Source: Octopus vulgaris (Eukaryota). Taken from it: 64,000 nt of DNA. The translations under genes were made by a program, and so were the position numbers. The notes below the pieces were generated by a model that was given only the letters and a program-made list of their open reading frames with translations, did no database searches and was not told the origin of the DNA. The stretch lies in assembly GCA_951406725.2 (NCBI GenBank), contig OX597831.1:12524001-12588000 (forward strand), written 5' to 3'. Within the stretch, counting starts at the first letter, position 1. Each line of letters starts with the position of its first letter. Of the stretch, positions 11,299 through 25,402 are shown one piece after another.

Positions 11299-13515
11299 AG
11301 ACTGTACCATCTAAAACATACCATCCTTGACCATTCAGACATATTTGTAAAGTTAGATTATTAAATATTTCTTTCTTTTAAGATAGCAGAAAATTATTTG
11401 AACCAGACATAGTTTCTTTTGTTGATTTGCGTTAATGTTGTTTATCCGCAGGTCAGTCACGATGGAATGGACCTGTAATCAAAATGCATTCCACATGTGA
11501 CCAGTTCATCTTTTATTCAGACCTAGTGTATCTAGGACCTCCATTGTGGTTTTATATTTTTTAAGACAATAGGGTAATGTGATTTCAGGTAGTTTTGACT
11601 GTTGTTTGTAATAGATGGAACAACTATAACCAGGCTCCCCTTGTTCCTACAGCTCTATTTATATTACAAACATCAACAACTGAATTATCCATTTTTTTAT
11701 TATGGGAATCCTGCCACGGAGAGTGCATAATACCAATGGTAGAAAAAATGCTGAATCCAGTATTAAAACTATTAGTTCTTTAATCGTGTATTTGTCATGG
11801 CAGTCTCTTTCTCTTGGCATAGAGTGATAGCTGTAGACAAGTCCCTCATACAAGCAATGACTGGCCATAGGCGAATATTACCTTACATGGAAAGAGATAA
11901 GCGTTGGCGACAGAATGGACACCAAACTATAATACATCTGTCGCAATAAATTCTGTCTGACCTATACATAGAAAAGAGAATGTTAAATTGATGATGATGA
12001 TGATTAATGCTGTCTTAAACAGTAGCTGGTAAAGATTGGACCAAAATATTTGCAACAAAAAACAACACATATATTTCACACTCCAATATGTGTAAGTATA
12101 TTTAGTGATAGAAGTATATTCATTTGCTTAAAACACATTTAGTCTCCCTGTACAGTAATGGTAACATTGGGAATACACAAAATATATTAGTGTTTTATAA
12201 ATAACATCTTTCCACAAGGTAAACTATATAGTAATTGTGTTTTATGGTCCTGAAAAATTGAAAACAACATTGCTTTCAAATTTTGGCACAAGGCCAGCAA
12301 GCTTGGGGTGGGGGAGGCTAAGCCAATTACATTGACCCCAATGATCAACTCATATTTTATTGAGCTTCAAATGGATGAAAGCAAAGTTGACCTCAGTGGA
12401 GTTTGAACTCAGAATGCAAAGACAGAAGAAATGCTGCTAAGCATTGTGCCTGGCATGCTAATGATTCAACCACTGAAAAAATATTAGTTGAAGTATTATT
12501 ATCTATCAATATACATATATATATATTATTTGTGAAGTCCCAATCAACTTCAACTTTGGGAGAAATTTTACTATTCTCTCTGAGACCTAATTCAGATGTT
12601 TAAAGATACAATTTCATTAAATTTGTGAATTTTTAAGTAAACCAGTGTTTCTTATTTCAATATCTGTGATCTAAAGTAGAACCTAAAGAACAAGACTATA
12701 GAGTCTTGGATGGCCTGTGATACTGTAAAGTTAAGAGAATAATTATCAAATTAGATGGCATTAAATACTTTTATATAAATGTCTAAAATATCTGGGATGA
12801 GATGTTTTTTATAAAATTAGTACTGTTTAATTTACTCATCTTCTAAATTTATTTTCATCTTAGGAAATGAATACTTAAAAATATACAAAAAAAAAATTTT
12901 AATGTTCCATCTGTACTCTATTTCAACTGGTTTGATTTCAGATCAGAATCTTACATAGAAACAGACTGAATTCTAACAGGGAACATGTGTAGGAATAAGA
13001 CACCTGCTAATGATCAGACATCACCCAAACTGAAACAAGGTATAGACGTAAAATATTCCCAAAATGTTCAAATTTGAACATGAAACTAATAGGGTGAAAA
13101 GTTATAATCTTACTTTACGAGACGCTTTTAAAATATACCAAAAATACTATGAACAAACTATTACATTCAGTATTTCCTATATCAAGTTTCAGATTTTATG
13201 TTTGTCTTAAAGGTTCATATTTCTTGGTTGTTATTTATCATTGCACATATATGAAACCTTGTGAAATGTTACAAGTGCATATTAACAAGGTCTAACTTCC
13301 TTTTTTTGTTTGTTTTAGCTTATGGTTAGAGTATCTGTCAGGGGTCAATAAAATAAAGTACCGTGTAAGTACTTGGATTGGTTTAATCAACTATACTCCT
13401 CTCCCAAAGTATTGCTTCTATCTGTCTATCGTTAACAAGCAAGAGTAAACACCTAGCTGCCCACATATAAATCAAACGGTCAAATTTCTAGTAGTGTTTA
13501 CATAAATCATATTGA

Positions 13516-13833
13516 TTCATCATCATCGCTTAACGTCTGCCTTCCATGCTGGCATGGGTTGGACGGTTTGACTGAGGTCTGGCAAGCCAGAAGGCTGCAC
13601 CAAGCTCCAATCTGATCTGGCAAAGTTTCTATTGCTGGATGCCCTTCCTAATGCCAACCACTCCAAGAGTGTAGTGGGGGCTTTAACATGCCACCGGTAC
13701 GAGGGCCAGTCAGTGGGTACTGGCATCGACCACGCTTGAATGGTGCTTTTTACATACCACTGGCACAGGAGCCAGTCAGGTGACAATGGCAATGACCATG
13801 TTTGAATGGTGCTTTTTATGTGCCACCGGCACA
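13516..13833 (-). mobile_element. SINE family C with internal ~65-nt tandem units
   Basis: Repeated unit (ggtgcttttta)catgccaccggcacaggagccagtcag...gaccatgcttgaat; (CAT)n at the left end. Confidence 0.85.
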
Positions 13834-13866
13834 TAATAAAAGTAAATAATAATAAAAATAAAAGTA

Positions 13867-13909
<43 letters not shown>

Positions 13910-13912
<3 letters not shown>

Positions 13913-14329
13913 GTTTCAAATTTTGCCACAATGCAGCAATTTGGGGGGTGGGGATGAGTTGATGACATCGACCCCAGTGTTCAACTGGTACTTATTTTAT
14001 CGACCTCGGAAGGATGAAAGGCAAAGTTAACATTGGCGGAATATGAACTCAGAACGTAGCTTCAGGTGAAGTACTGCTAAACATTTTGTCCAGCATGTTA
14101 ATAACTGTTCCAGCTCACTACCTTAATAATAATTATAATTTCTTTATTGCCCACAGGGGGATAAACATAGATGAGACAAAGGGATTAAGTTGATTAGATC
14201 GATCCCAGTGCATAACTAGTACTTATTTAATTGTCCTCAAAAGGATGAAAGGCAAAGTCGACTTTGGTGGAATTTGAACTCAGAACATAACGGCAGATGA
14301 AATACCACTAAGCATTTCAGCTCACCACC

Positions 14330-14330
<1 letters not shown>
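13910..14330 (-). mobile_element. Two tandem SINE family B copies between (TAA)n tracts
   Basis: aggatgaaaggcaaagt...gaactcagaac occurs twice; (TAA)n at 13866-13911 and 14330-14377. Confidence 0.85.
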
Positions 14331-14377
<47 letters not shown>

Positions 14378-14539
14378 TTTAGCATATTGTATAAAGTGCT
14401 CAGATATACAGAGACTCATTGAAAGAGGGTAATTGAAGGGAAAGGAAGTGGTGATAAGTAAAGAAAGAGTACAATGATAGCCAGAAGTACATGCAGAGTA
14501 CACAAAATAAAACACTAAATGACGGGAAAATGAGCAGTA

Positions 14540-14682
14540 AAAGAGTGCATATGCATGTCAGAAGTGGCACTGGAAAATTTCAGGAAGCATGGAATTTTTG
14601 AAGGATTTCCTGACAGCTAACAACCAGCAGCAACCAGATTATTTCATGCTTTGACAATTCTCAATGTGTAAAAATGTTTCCA
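14540..14682 (-). mobile_element. Short CR1/L2-like LINE 3' fragment
   Basis: Minus strand encodes FYTLRIVKA followed by a WNNL-like remnant, resembling the F..RV...WN.L C-terminal motif. Confidence 0.45.
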
Positions 14683-16095
14683 AGGAAACAAATAGCTAGG
14701 AACTCATGCAGAAATGAGAAAAAAAACTTAATAAAAAAAAATGACAAAACTAGAACATAGTTGTTGCCAATACAGGTCTAAAAGAAAAGTTATTACCTAA
14801 TACAAGAAGAAATACAATTTTCTGGAGATTTCTCTATTAATCATTATAACAAGATATATATCAGCAACTATATTGTACAATATAACCTTTATTTAAAATG
14901 TTAGGGTGTGATTTATGAGATTTGGCTGCTATTTTCAGCAGGTTGAGTGACCATGTGTCAGCTGCCTGTTGAACAAAATTATTCTTCTACTTTATCCTCT
15001 TACGTTTTCTATATTTCATATCTTCAGAGTAGATGGTTAAAAGAGCTGGCAAGGAAGTTCATTATTTCAGTAGAGATAGTGTAAATTTTGTCTTCCTAAG
15101 GGAGGAATGACAGAAGGAGAGGTTTTTACAGCTACTTAAATATACAAATTCCCATCTTAAAATCATTAATATATACAAAAATATACATACATAAAGTGAC
15201 TAAGAGCTTATTTGTTCAATTATTTACACCAAATATTTACATAGTATTATTTATAGTGTTATCTACTTGAAATTCCACCATTAAGAATGATATATTTTAT
15301 ACTCCACAAAGTTTCCAAAGGCTTCTGATATAAATATCTTCATCATTATTTTAACATCTGTTTTTCCATGCTTGCATGGGTCAGATGGAATTTGTTGAGC
15401 CAAATTTTCTATAGTCGATTGCCCTTCCTGTTGTTAACCTTTAACTGTTTCCCCTAAAAAGTAATATTTTCTCATAACCAGACATATTTTCACTGAAGAT
15501 TAGAAACCAAGGATATCACTTGCAATGTGGTGACACTTGTTTACAATTATCACAGGATGCTGAAGCAAGGAGACAGTAAAACACACACACAAGCACACAC
15601 CCACACATATAAATAAATATATATATGCAATGGGCTTCCTTCAGTCTCTGTTTATTAAATCTACTCATAAGGCTTTAGTGGGCCCGTAACTATTGTAGAA
15701 AACACTAGCTTAATGGTTTGACTGTGGGACTGAACCCAGAACCATGTGGTTAGGAAGCAAATATTTATCACATTGCTATGCCCAAATCTACACACACACA
15801 CATGTACGTGTTCTATGTGCTTCATGCGATGGTGTTGGTATTGGTTAGCCTTTCATCTGCTTTGACTAAGCAGACCAAATATTGACAGCATTTTAACAGC
15901 CAGCAAAAGCAAATTTGGTTGTTATTTCTAGCAAACCAAGCACCTGCATAGAAGCTTTCTCACTGACTCATGTGTGTATGTGTACGGTGGAATCAAAACT
16001 GACAGAGTGAATAAATCTCACTCAGGGAAACCAAATCAAAATAAAAAGTCAGATAAAAAAAAAATGAACAAAGAGATCAGAAATATATATATATG

Positions 16096-16142
<47 letters not shown>

Positions 16143-16424
16143 TGTGTGTGTGTGTGTGTGTGTGTATGTATATAGTGTGTGTGAGTATATAAATATAAGC
16201 CAAATTAGAAAGAAGCTGTAAAGCCAATCCTTGTGACCTGTGTTAGCATGAAAATAAACAGATGCAAAAACTGATGATAGTGATATTAAATGAGATATAC
16301 TTGTTAAGAAAATAACAAATACCTACATCAAACAATAATGATGCATGAGGATGAACAAGAACAGGTATTTTTCAGGTAAATAAATGACCCTTCCACCATT
16401 ATCAGCACAAAAAATAAATAAAGT

Positions 16425-16534
16425 AGTGCAGGTGTGGCTGTGAGGTAAGAAGTTTGCTTCTTAGCCATGTGGCTCTGGGTTTAGTTCCACTGAGTGGTGC
16501 ATCTCCTGCTATAGCCCTGGGCCAACCAAACCCT

Positions 16535-16565
<31 letters not shown>

Positions 16566-16790
16566 ATCTTTGCGACCACCACCACTCGACAACTAGAGTT
16601 AATTTGTTTATGTTCTTATAACTTAGTGGTTCGGCAAAAAGTTACTAACAGTTCAAGGTTTAAAAAAATAAATAAATATTAGGGCTAGTTTGTTTAACTA
16701 AACTCTTCAAGGCAGTGCCCCAGCATGGTCACAGCACAATGACTGGAACCCAAATTCCAATGACTGAAACAAGTAAATGATAAAAGGCAT
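16425..16790 (+). mobile_element. SINE family A
   Basis: Head gcaggtgtggctgtgaggtaagaagtttgc, (TG)n, tail cttcaaggcagtgccccagcatgg...tgactgaaacaagtaaa. Confidence 0.8.
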
Positions 16791-17889
16791 GATAAATATC
16801 CCATGCTTTTGCAGTTTGTGGAAAAAGAGAAAATGTAAATTATAAAAAGCAAACAATTTAGCAAATAAAGTTACAACAGTGTTGTTGCTATTCTGTTGAT
16901 TTATGTTGCAATTAAAAGAACACTTATATAAAAAATAAAATAATTGAACCACCAAGAAAAAAAAAAAACTTATAAAGTAATTATCATTACATATGTGGTG
17001 ATATTTCATGAGGAAACCTGAAGGATATACTACATCCAAGAGAACAACAATCTAATGCTTTAACAATGAGTTTTTTTTTTTCAGATTCCTGTCTTGAATG
17101 CATAAAAGATTAATTATCTATTGCCCCCTTTTCCTTTCCATTTTGTCATTAACATTTTCTAACAGGAATTTCTTTATAAAGCTCAATTATTTAAGTATTT
17201 TACCTATTTTTATCTTTCTGAAGCAAGATGGTTTTGTCCATTACTGTGCTACTACAATGGCATACTCATTGACTCTTAGGATCAAATGCATAAAATAATA
17301 CAAGGAATGGCTGATCCTTAATTGAAATTGATGCACATAAACTAACAAAGAGCCCGTTTAATTATTCATTGTTTCTTAAGCATACACATACACGCTGACA
17401 GTGAGCCAGCTGAAACATGGAATATACCGTCAACCTTTTCCTAATAAATGTTAATATGTACCTTACTAAAAGATTGAATAATCCTCTAGTTTAATGTTAA
17501 ATTGTTTTTATATGACTGGACATGAAGTGTATGTATATATATAAGTAGATATATATATATAAGTATATATCAACAGCTGCTGTAATTTAACTAGCTAACT
17601 AATTAACTATGAAATAGTAAAATTTTTGAGTTTCTAACTTCCCTTTTATCATCTGAGATGTTTTGTACTAAACGAGGGCTTCAAAAGATAGTCTCAATGA
17701 AATTTCAACGTTAAGCTTGAATACCTAAATGATTAAATCTAATTTTATTCTATTAGGAATCTATTCACACGAAATACAAATTCTAGCAAATAACAAGAAA
17801 TTTACATGTGATCCATTATTTGCATGAGGCTGATGAGACAGCTGCTGTGATCCAGCATAAATGCTTGACTTGTTAGAAGTAGTACTTTT

Positions 17890-18215
17890 TCACTCTTTTA
17901 TTAGTTTCAGCTTGAGAACCATGCCATGCTGGGGCTCCGTTTTCATTAATCTTCCTTTAATAGTATTTGGTGAATGAGGGAGTTTGATATTGTTGCCCTC
18001 ATTTGTGTTTCCTGTCTTGAAGTTGGCTCATCCAGTATTCTTAGCAACAAGGGATCCAGTTTTGTTTTGAAGGCATCTATACCCATCCCATATAGGTCTT
18101 TCAAATGTTTCAGGAAGATATTAATGAGCTGTGTTGACCTAGAATTCCAGCTATTGCAGTATCTGGTCCTGTATTTTGATGGTAAGTGTGCGATCTTTGG
18201 CACTATGTAATGCTT
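17890..18215 (-). mobile_element. CR1/Crack-like LINE, 3' end of ORF2 plus tail
   Basis: ORF 17946-18254 reads RTRYCNS..QLINIFLKHLKDLYGMGIDAFKTKLDPLL..DEPTSRQETQMRA; FK.KLD is typical of CR1-group ORF2 C-termini. Confidence 0.75.
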
Positions 18216-18937
18216 CAAGTCACACTGTAATACTATAAAACTAGCAGTACACATGTAATTCTAGATATTAAAAAAAAATGTATGTAGTTCTAGATATTTT
18301 TAAAAAATGTAGTTCTAGATATTTAAAAAAATGAGAGGGCCATAGCCAGAACACTTGGATTAGATCTGCCTTATCAAGTCAGACCTGGAGCTAAACAAGA
18401 TTAAATCAAAATCAATGGCATACATTTCTAAGACATTGAATATTTAAAGGAAACTTCATTCATAGAGAAAGAAGCTGTCATGATGATGATGATGAAGTAG
18501 AAGTCTACAATAAACAACAAAATCTTAAAACAATTATTGACAATGATAAAGCATTTTATGATGCATAACAAGTTTATCTTTTTGAATGAGAATAATGGTT
18601 AAATTCATCAAGTAAAATATCATCATCATTTATATATATATATATACATTTTATCTTATATTAAACTTTTAATACTTTTTGATAGTTATAGATATTTTTT
18701 TTTAAATATTAATAAATAAATAAATAAAAAATAAAAATAAAATATATATATATATATATATATAAGAATTTATAAAATTAAATTAATATTTTAAAATTTT
18801 TAACTTTAAATTTAAATAATTTAAATTTTAAATTTTGTATATTATATATTTTGTATATTATATTAATTATTTTTATTTCTGTTTTGGTTAATGTTTTTCA
18901 CTGTTTGATTTGCCTAATAGTGGTTTTATCTCTAATT

Positions 18938-18984
<47 letters not shown>

Positions 18985-19849
18985 GGTGTGGTTTATATAT
19001 ATTCTTGTTTTATTTTAGATTATGAATTTTAGAATGATTTGGAACAAACATGTAGCTGAGATGCAAATCACCAGACCACATTGATAACAACAAACAGACT
19101 GTGAGCTTACATAAAAGAAGCATATTAATTTTGTCACTACACCAAATTGACTGTATTTAAATAAGAAACAAACGAAAATTAGTGTAACAAAAGCATATCA
19201 ATGATTTCCTGAGAATTACTATCATAACAGTGAAAAGGAAGTAAAGAGAAGTAACAGCTTAGTTATGAGAATGATGCTGTATGTTACTCAGACAACAAAT
19301 ATGGAACAGTATATATCTCTGCTCTAAAATTTCCATCAATAATGAGATTCTTATGAATTAATGAATCATTTAAAGAGTGAGAGAATTTTAATTCTCTGGG
19401 AAGATTAAATGTCCTGGTGTCTATTGATAAAGATTTCTATTTTTAAGCAACATAGTCATTGCATATTTCTCATTAATACTAAGCTAAAATTAAGAAACCT
19501 TAGAAAATACCTGAAAGAAACCAAAGGTAAATTTAATTTTCAGTTTTTTTAGCCCTTAAATTTACATTTTAAGTGGAAGCATAACATTGTCATCAGATAA
19601 ATACCACCACCACCAACAACAACAATACTACTACTACCATCAACATTATTTAATATCTATTTTGCTATTCTCTCATGGAGCAGACAGAATTCAGTGGAGC
19701 AGATTTTTGACGGCTGGGTGCATTTCTTCTCACCAAACTCTACTTGTTTCCAAGATATTTTCCTGATGTCCTTTCATAGCAAATAGAAAATAAACAGCAT
19801 CACTTGTCTGAGAGGTTGTTTGCTTGCAGTTCACCTATCTATCTAGGTC

Positions 19850-20395
19850 ACCCACATGATGCCCCTAGGGGTTTCGGTCGCACATACTACAGGAGTCACA
19901 AGGCACTGCTCCATGTGGTCCTACAGTTTCCATCTAACTAAGAATATTAGGGTCTCATCCATTGTCTTATAATCAAGATCCTCTGCATGACATCCTGTTA
20001 GTTTAAAGCCACGAATCTGATCTGTTAGGTCCTGTTGATAACTAAATCCACACCCTGCTGCAGATGCTTTGATTTATTGTCATTGATCTTTACTCCTCTA
20101 ATGGTTAAGGTTTTGTCTGTCTCCTACCCTTTGACCTGTCTGGCTTGGTAAAACCTGCCTAAAGATTTCTCTCACTCTATCATAGCTCTCTGGGTCAATG
20201 GAGCACACAGGCACTCCACCATGACAAGGTACTTGTTGAATTGGCTGTTGACTACACAGTAGTTTTTCTGCCCTTTGATGGATCTTATTTTTTGTCCCGC
20301 AGGGTGTCCAACAATCACCCTCTTCACCAAGTAAGCTTGATGGGGTTGCCAGTTTAGTGGCCAACGACCCAAACCACACACAAAAGCTTCCTTTT
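19850..20395 (-). mobile_element. RTE-related non-autonomous element / RTE-tailed SINE
   Basis: Minus strand ccttgtcatggtggagtgcctgtgtgctccattgacccagagagctatg...cagacaggtcaaagggtaggagacagacaaa resembles the RTE (BovB/Expander) 5'-UTR motif as recalled; GC content is above the flanks. Confidence 0.6.
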
Positions 20396-21124
20396 CTCTT
20401 TTTTACCATTATACCATATGCCACAGTACTTTGGTGATACTTCTTGTAGAAGGCTAATAAAGCACCTAATTTATAGAGTTCATTTTTAAGTATTTGATTA
20501 CTTTATTTAATTCTAAGATATTAAAAAGCCAGCTGAACTTTAGAAGTGATGAAAGAATCAGCAATAATTTCATCAGATGCAGCAGAGTGAGGAATTCTAA
20601 TTTCTCAAGAGATTTTACTCCTTTTACAGTGGTACAAGTTGCAAAACCAACAGCTTATGTACTGTGCAAAGAGCATTTAGGCAACCAGATGTTTATTAAT
20701 TATATTTCTTTGAGTTACTATTTAGGCTTAAGAAACAGAATGTTTTTAACATTTTCAAAGTTGTTAGTGTGTGTGTGTGAGAGAGTGAATGTATGTGTAT
20801 TAATCCAAATATGCAGAATTATAGATCCATTTCAACCAGTCTTAACTGGTTTATATTATATATGCATGCATATATGTGTATATCTTTTGATAATGTATAT
20901 CAGCTAAAGATATAAACATTAGCAAGAATATCCATAAACATATTCCTTTAAAAAAAAAAGCCTGTGCAGTATTTGTTTTGCCCAACTTGTCCTGGTAATC
21001 CCTCATCACTCTTACATGAATGAAAGCATTAAAACAATGTTTGATGCATTGGAATCTTGTAACCAATGAAGTGGTTTGCAAAAATGTGATATAAATAAAA
21101 ATAAAAACTAAAACTTCGATTAAG

Positions 21125-21520
21125 TAGGTACGAGTGTGACAGCATGGTAAGAAGTTTGCTTCCCAACCATATGGTTCTGGGTTCAGTTTGAGCAAGTGTC
21201 TTCTGCTATAGACCTGACTAGACCAAAGTCTTAGTGGATATGGTGGAGAGAAACTGAAAAGGGCTCATCACATGAATATATGTGTGTGAGTGTGTATGTG
21301 TGTGTGTATGTGTGTGTGTGTGTGCGTGCATGTGTGTGTGTGTGTGCGTTTGTCTAGCACTATTGCTTCACAATCAGTGTTTGTTTGTGTACATCCCTGT
21401 AATTTAGCAGTCTTGCATAAAAGACCCTTAAGTACCAGGCTTAAAAGAAATAAGCCCTTTGGTTGATTCATTTGACGAAAACCCCAACATGGCGACAGTC
21501 TAATGACTGAAACAAATCAA
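21125..21520 (+). mobile_element. SINE family A
   Basis: Head ggtaagaagtttgcttcccaaccatatggttctgggttcag, (TG)n core, tail tgactgaaacaaa. Confidence 0.8.
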
Positions 21521-23096
21521 AAGCAAAATATAACAATTAAATTGGAAACTTTTGTCACATTCTGAACAAGGAAGTGAAAGATTACTCTAAATGCAGACTG
21601 ATACACACATACAGACTTTATTATTGCAGAATGTTATTTTATTTATTTAACGAATTTATGACTAGTAGTCATAAATTTGATACCTAATTAATCGCACTCT
21701 TAGGGAATGAGCATTTACATTTTAAAATAACTCTAATCAAGAGATACATTAAACAGCATGCACATTAAAGAGGCTGGATAGTCAATAAATAATTGCAGAT
21801 TTTAAAAGTTTGTCATTGTTAACATATCTCATACATTTTCAATAAAGATTTCTTCCATGTTTAGTAAAAATTAATAAAAATAAAAATTTTTAAAAAATAT
21901 TAATTAATGGTACTAATAACATTTTTCTCAAGTGAATTTCAATAAAAATGAAATACCATCTCAGTAGAATGACGAGTGTGACTGAGGAACTGCCAAGGAC
22001 ACAATATGTAATCAATAATCAGCATCGTTTAGATAGAAATGATGTTTCAAAATAGTCATTAACGAAAAGATTTTTAATTCAAGAATTTCTTTAATTTCTT
22101 TACTTATTTATTTTATCATTCCTTCTTTTTGCTTCTTGAAGTTGATTTTAAATGAACAAGAAGAATCAATGAAAAAGATTGAATAAATCTGTAGAACTTT
22201 TTTGAAATTTACACCTTAAAGAAATCAATGATATATATTCCTTAGACAAACAAAAGAGTCCCTACATTGTTGCTGTTGTTGTATAGCCAAAGGAGAGTTC
22301 TGATTGAGTAGGTTTGTGAAAGCACAGTCCACCCAAGCTCATGTTAGTTAATGTATCCTCATTCCCAAGATGGTCAGTGTGAGTTGAGGGATACAGGGCT
22401 GCTAATTTAAGTATATTCAGTTGCCTTGTAAAGGCTCTCTCAATGGGTAGAGGTGGCTTCTCCTGGTAAAAAGAGGTAGCAGCTAAATATCTTTTGAATC
22501 ACACCATCTAACACATTTAATAAAAATAAAGATACATTGGACAATATGACAAAAGACAGGATGGTCATGGCACTACATATTATGTCTCCAGTATAACTGG
22601 ATGCACCAATTTACATTGGTGTACACTCACATACATGCACGTGTGCACACACACACACAGAGGCTTCTACACAGTTTCTGCTTACCAAGTTTCACTTGTT
22701 ACATAGATAAATCTGAGGCTGCCATGCAGTAGATTTGAAACCAGAACCATGTGGTTGGAAACTGAACTTCTAATCCACACAGCTACGACTGCACCTATGG
22801 CTAAATATTATGTTAGATACATTAAGAAATGAAAAGAGTTACCGAAACAAAACAGAAAGAAAACCAATTTCTTTAAACAAACTTGCATGACAATATTATA
22901 TTTACAGTAATAATATTATCCTTTTAAGCACATTCTATTAGCAGGGAAGTTTTTTCATCAGCCATTTTCCAGGAAATATACCAGCATATTATACTTGATG
23001 TATCTATCTTACTGATAGTGTAGATAGCCTACCTTTGTTGATACAGCCAAAGACAAGCAAATTGTGCTATATATACATGTATATATATATATATAT

Positions 23097-23390
23097 ATCA
23101 TCATTGTCGTCATTTAACATCCGCTTTCCATGCTGGTATGGGTTGGACAGTCTGACTGAGGGCTGGTGAGCCAGAAGGCTGCACCAGGCTCCAATCTGAT
23201 CTGGCAAAGTTTCTATGGCTGGATGCCCTTCCTAATGCCAACCACTCTGAGAGTGTAGTTGGTGCTTTAACGTGCCACCTGCACAAGGGCTAGTCAGGTG
23301 GTACTGGCATTGACCATGCTCAAATGGTGCTTTTTACATGCTACCTGCACAGGAGCCAGTAGGGTAATGCTGGCAACGACCACGCTCGAT
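23097..23390 (-). mobile_element. SINE family C
   Basis: High similarity to 52-238 and 13516-13833. Confidence 0.85.
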
Positions 23391-23459
23391 ATACATACGT
23401 GTGTGTGTGTGTATATTAGAGTGAGAGATACCAATCACATAGAGACTCCTTCATTTGCT

Positions 23460-23660
23460 TGTAATATTTGAATGTTCCTGTCTTCGATCACCTCCTCCCG
23501 TCTTTACTCGCCACCAAAGAATCACATTCCCAACTGGTCTCTAATCATTCTTTCTTTCTGTCTTTCCTATTCTGACCACCTTTTCTCATTCTTTCATTTG
23601 CTATGATGAAGGATTAACATCTGAAATGTCAGTACTCCTTCCCTTCTTTTTAAAACTAAT
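23460..23660 (+). mobile_element. Possible Penelope-like 3' remnant with decayed hammerhead
   Basis: Pyrimidine-rich tract followed by aTGATGA-a-ggat-taac-atct-GAAAt-gtca-GTA (23603-23634). Confidence 0.4.
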
Positions 23661-23805
23661 TACATTTGTTAAAACTAGTCTCTCCCATGTTGTCTTCTTT
23701 ATGTGCTCATTGTCATATATATAGTGTATATATATATATACATACATACTTACATACATACATACATGCATGCATACATACATACATACATACATACATA
23801 CAAAC

Positions 23806-23838
<33 letters not shown>

Positions 23839-24845
23839 TATATACAGTGTATAGTGTACACGTGCATATGTAGTGCTAAATCTTATAGTAATGGAATTGA
23901 TAATAAATCTATTTATATTTTTATATTAAGAATTAATTGAATGTTCTCAATTGGTTTTGGAAGAAGAATGAGAATAGCAAAATCATAGACAAAAAAGGTG
24001 CAGGGGAGGGCGTTCGGAAAGGTATTATTTTGTTCAGGAGAAATATGTGAAGTCTTATAATCAGGAGAGGCAAAGTATATATGAACAAGGATCAAAAAAA
24101 AAATAATTACTCTTGAAAAAATTCCATATTATTTTCAAAGAATCATATTGAAAGAAACAGAGAAGCAGCAGATATGACCTAAATGATTTCAAGAATAATA
24201 AAATGTACTTTAAAATTCTTGGATTCTTCATAAAGACTTTAAATGGTACATATCAAAAACAGCCAAAAATGTGTCAATATATGAGCTGCTCTGTACTTGC
24301 ACAATTTGTTAGAAATAACAACCAAATAGTCCTAACACCTATCGTTTTATAAAAACAATGATGCACTGGGTAATAAGGTGCTGGATACAGATATTCATTC
24401 TGAATAAAACAAAACAAATGGTTGTGACTGAAAAATTTTTCTTCATAGGTCTGCTGGCATCGGAGCCAACATGAGGTTTAACAAAAGCAGCAACAATTGA
24501 AAGCTTCATTAACAAATGGAAATATTACAAGACAAAGGTAATGAGAAAAAATTTCAATATATTACAGTAAAGGTGTAACATTACTTTCAATTTTACTTTA
24601 AGAAGTATAAAAAAAAAAAGACTCAAGTGATAGAGAAGGAGGAGGGGCCATCAACATATCTTTTTATGTTTAATTGTTTCACTCATTAGACTGTAGTCAT
24701 GATGACGAACCATCTTGAAGAATTTTAACCAAACAAATCACTCCTTATACTTAATTTTTTTAAAATTTAAGCGTGATACTTACTCTATCAATATCATTTG
24801 CTGAACTGCAAAGTTAAAGGGATGTAAACACAGTGACACACACAT

Positions 24846-25385
24846 GGGCACATGTATAGCTGCGTGGTAAGAAGTCTGCCTCCCAATCACATAGCTTTGT
24901 GTTCAGTCCCTCTACATGGTACATTGGACAAGTGTTTTCTACTTTAGCCTCAGACTGACTAAAGCATTGGTAGGCAGACACTGTGTGGAAACTCATCGTA
25001 TATACAGGGTGTCCCAAAAGCAGGTTTACAGTTATCACATTTTAAAACATTTTATTACATTTAAATTTCTATCTTACAATTAACTAAATTAGCATAGAAT
25101 AATGGCTTCATATTTTTTTTATAATTAAGGTTTAAACTGTTAATATATGAATGCAAAAGAGTTAAATAACTGTAAACCTACTTTTGGAACACCCTGTATG
25201 TGTGTGTCTTTGTGCCCCACCACCACTTGACAACTGGTGTTGGTGTGTTTACGTCCCTGTAACTGAAACTGATAGAATAAGTGCTAGACTTGAAAGTAAA
25301 AATGAGTACTGGCGTCAATTTGTTTACCAAAGATTCTTCAAGGCATTGCCCCAGCATTGCTGTAATCTAGTGACTGAAACACAAT
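24846..25385 (+). mobile_element. SINE family A interrupted by a MITE
   Basis: Head at 24846-24995; remainder resumes at 25197 (tgtgtgtctt...gacaactggtgttggtgtg). Confidence 0.8.
25005..25196. mobile_element. Tc1/mariner-type MITE (192 bp)
   Basis: 31-bp TIRs cagggtgtcccaaaagcaggtttacagttat / ataactgtaaacctacttttggaacaccctg with TA on both sides. Confidence 0.93.
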
Positions 25386-25402
25386 AAATATACATACATG
25401 TC

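Noticed and set aside
21979-22049. CTGAGGA...GAAAT-gat-GTT with tga/tca flanks
   Set aside because: Only 3-bp stem I and no stem II pairing
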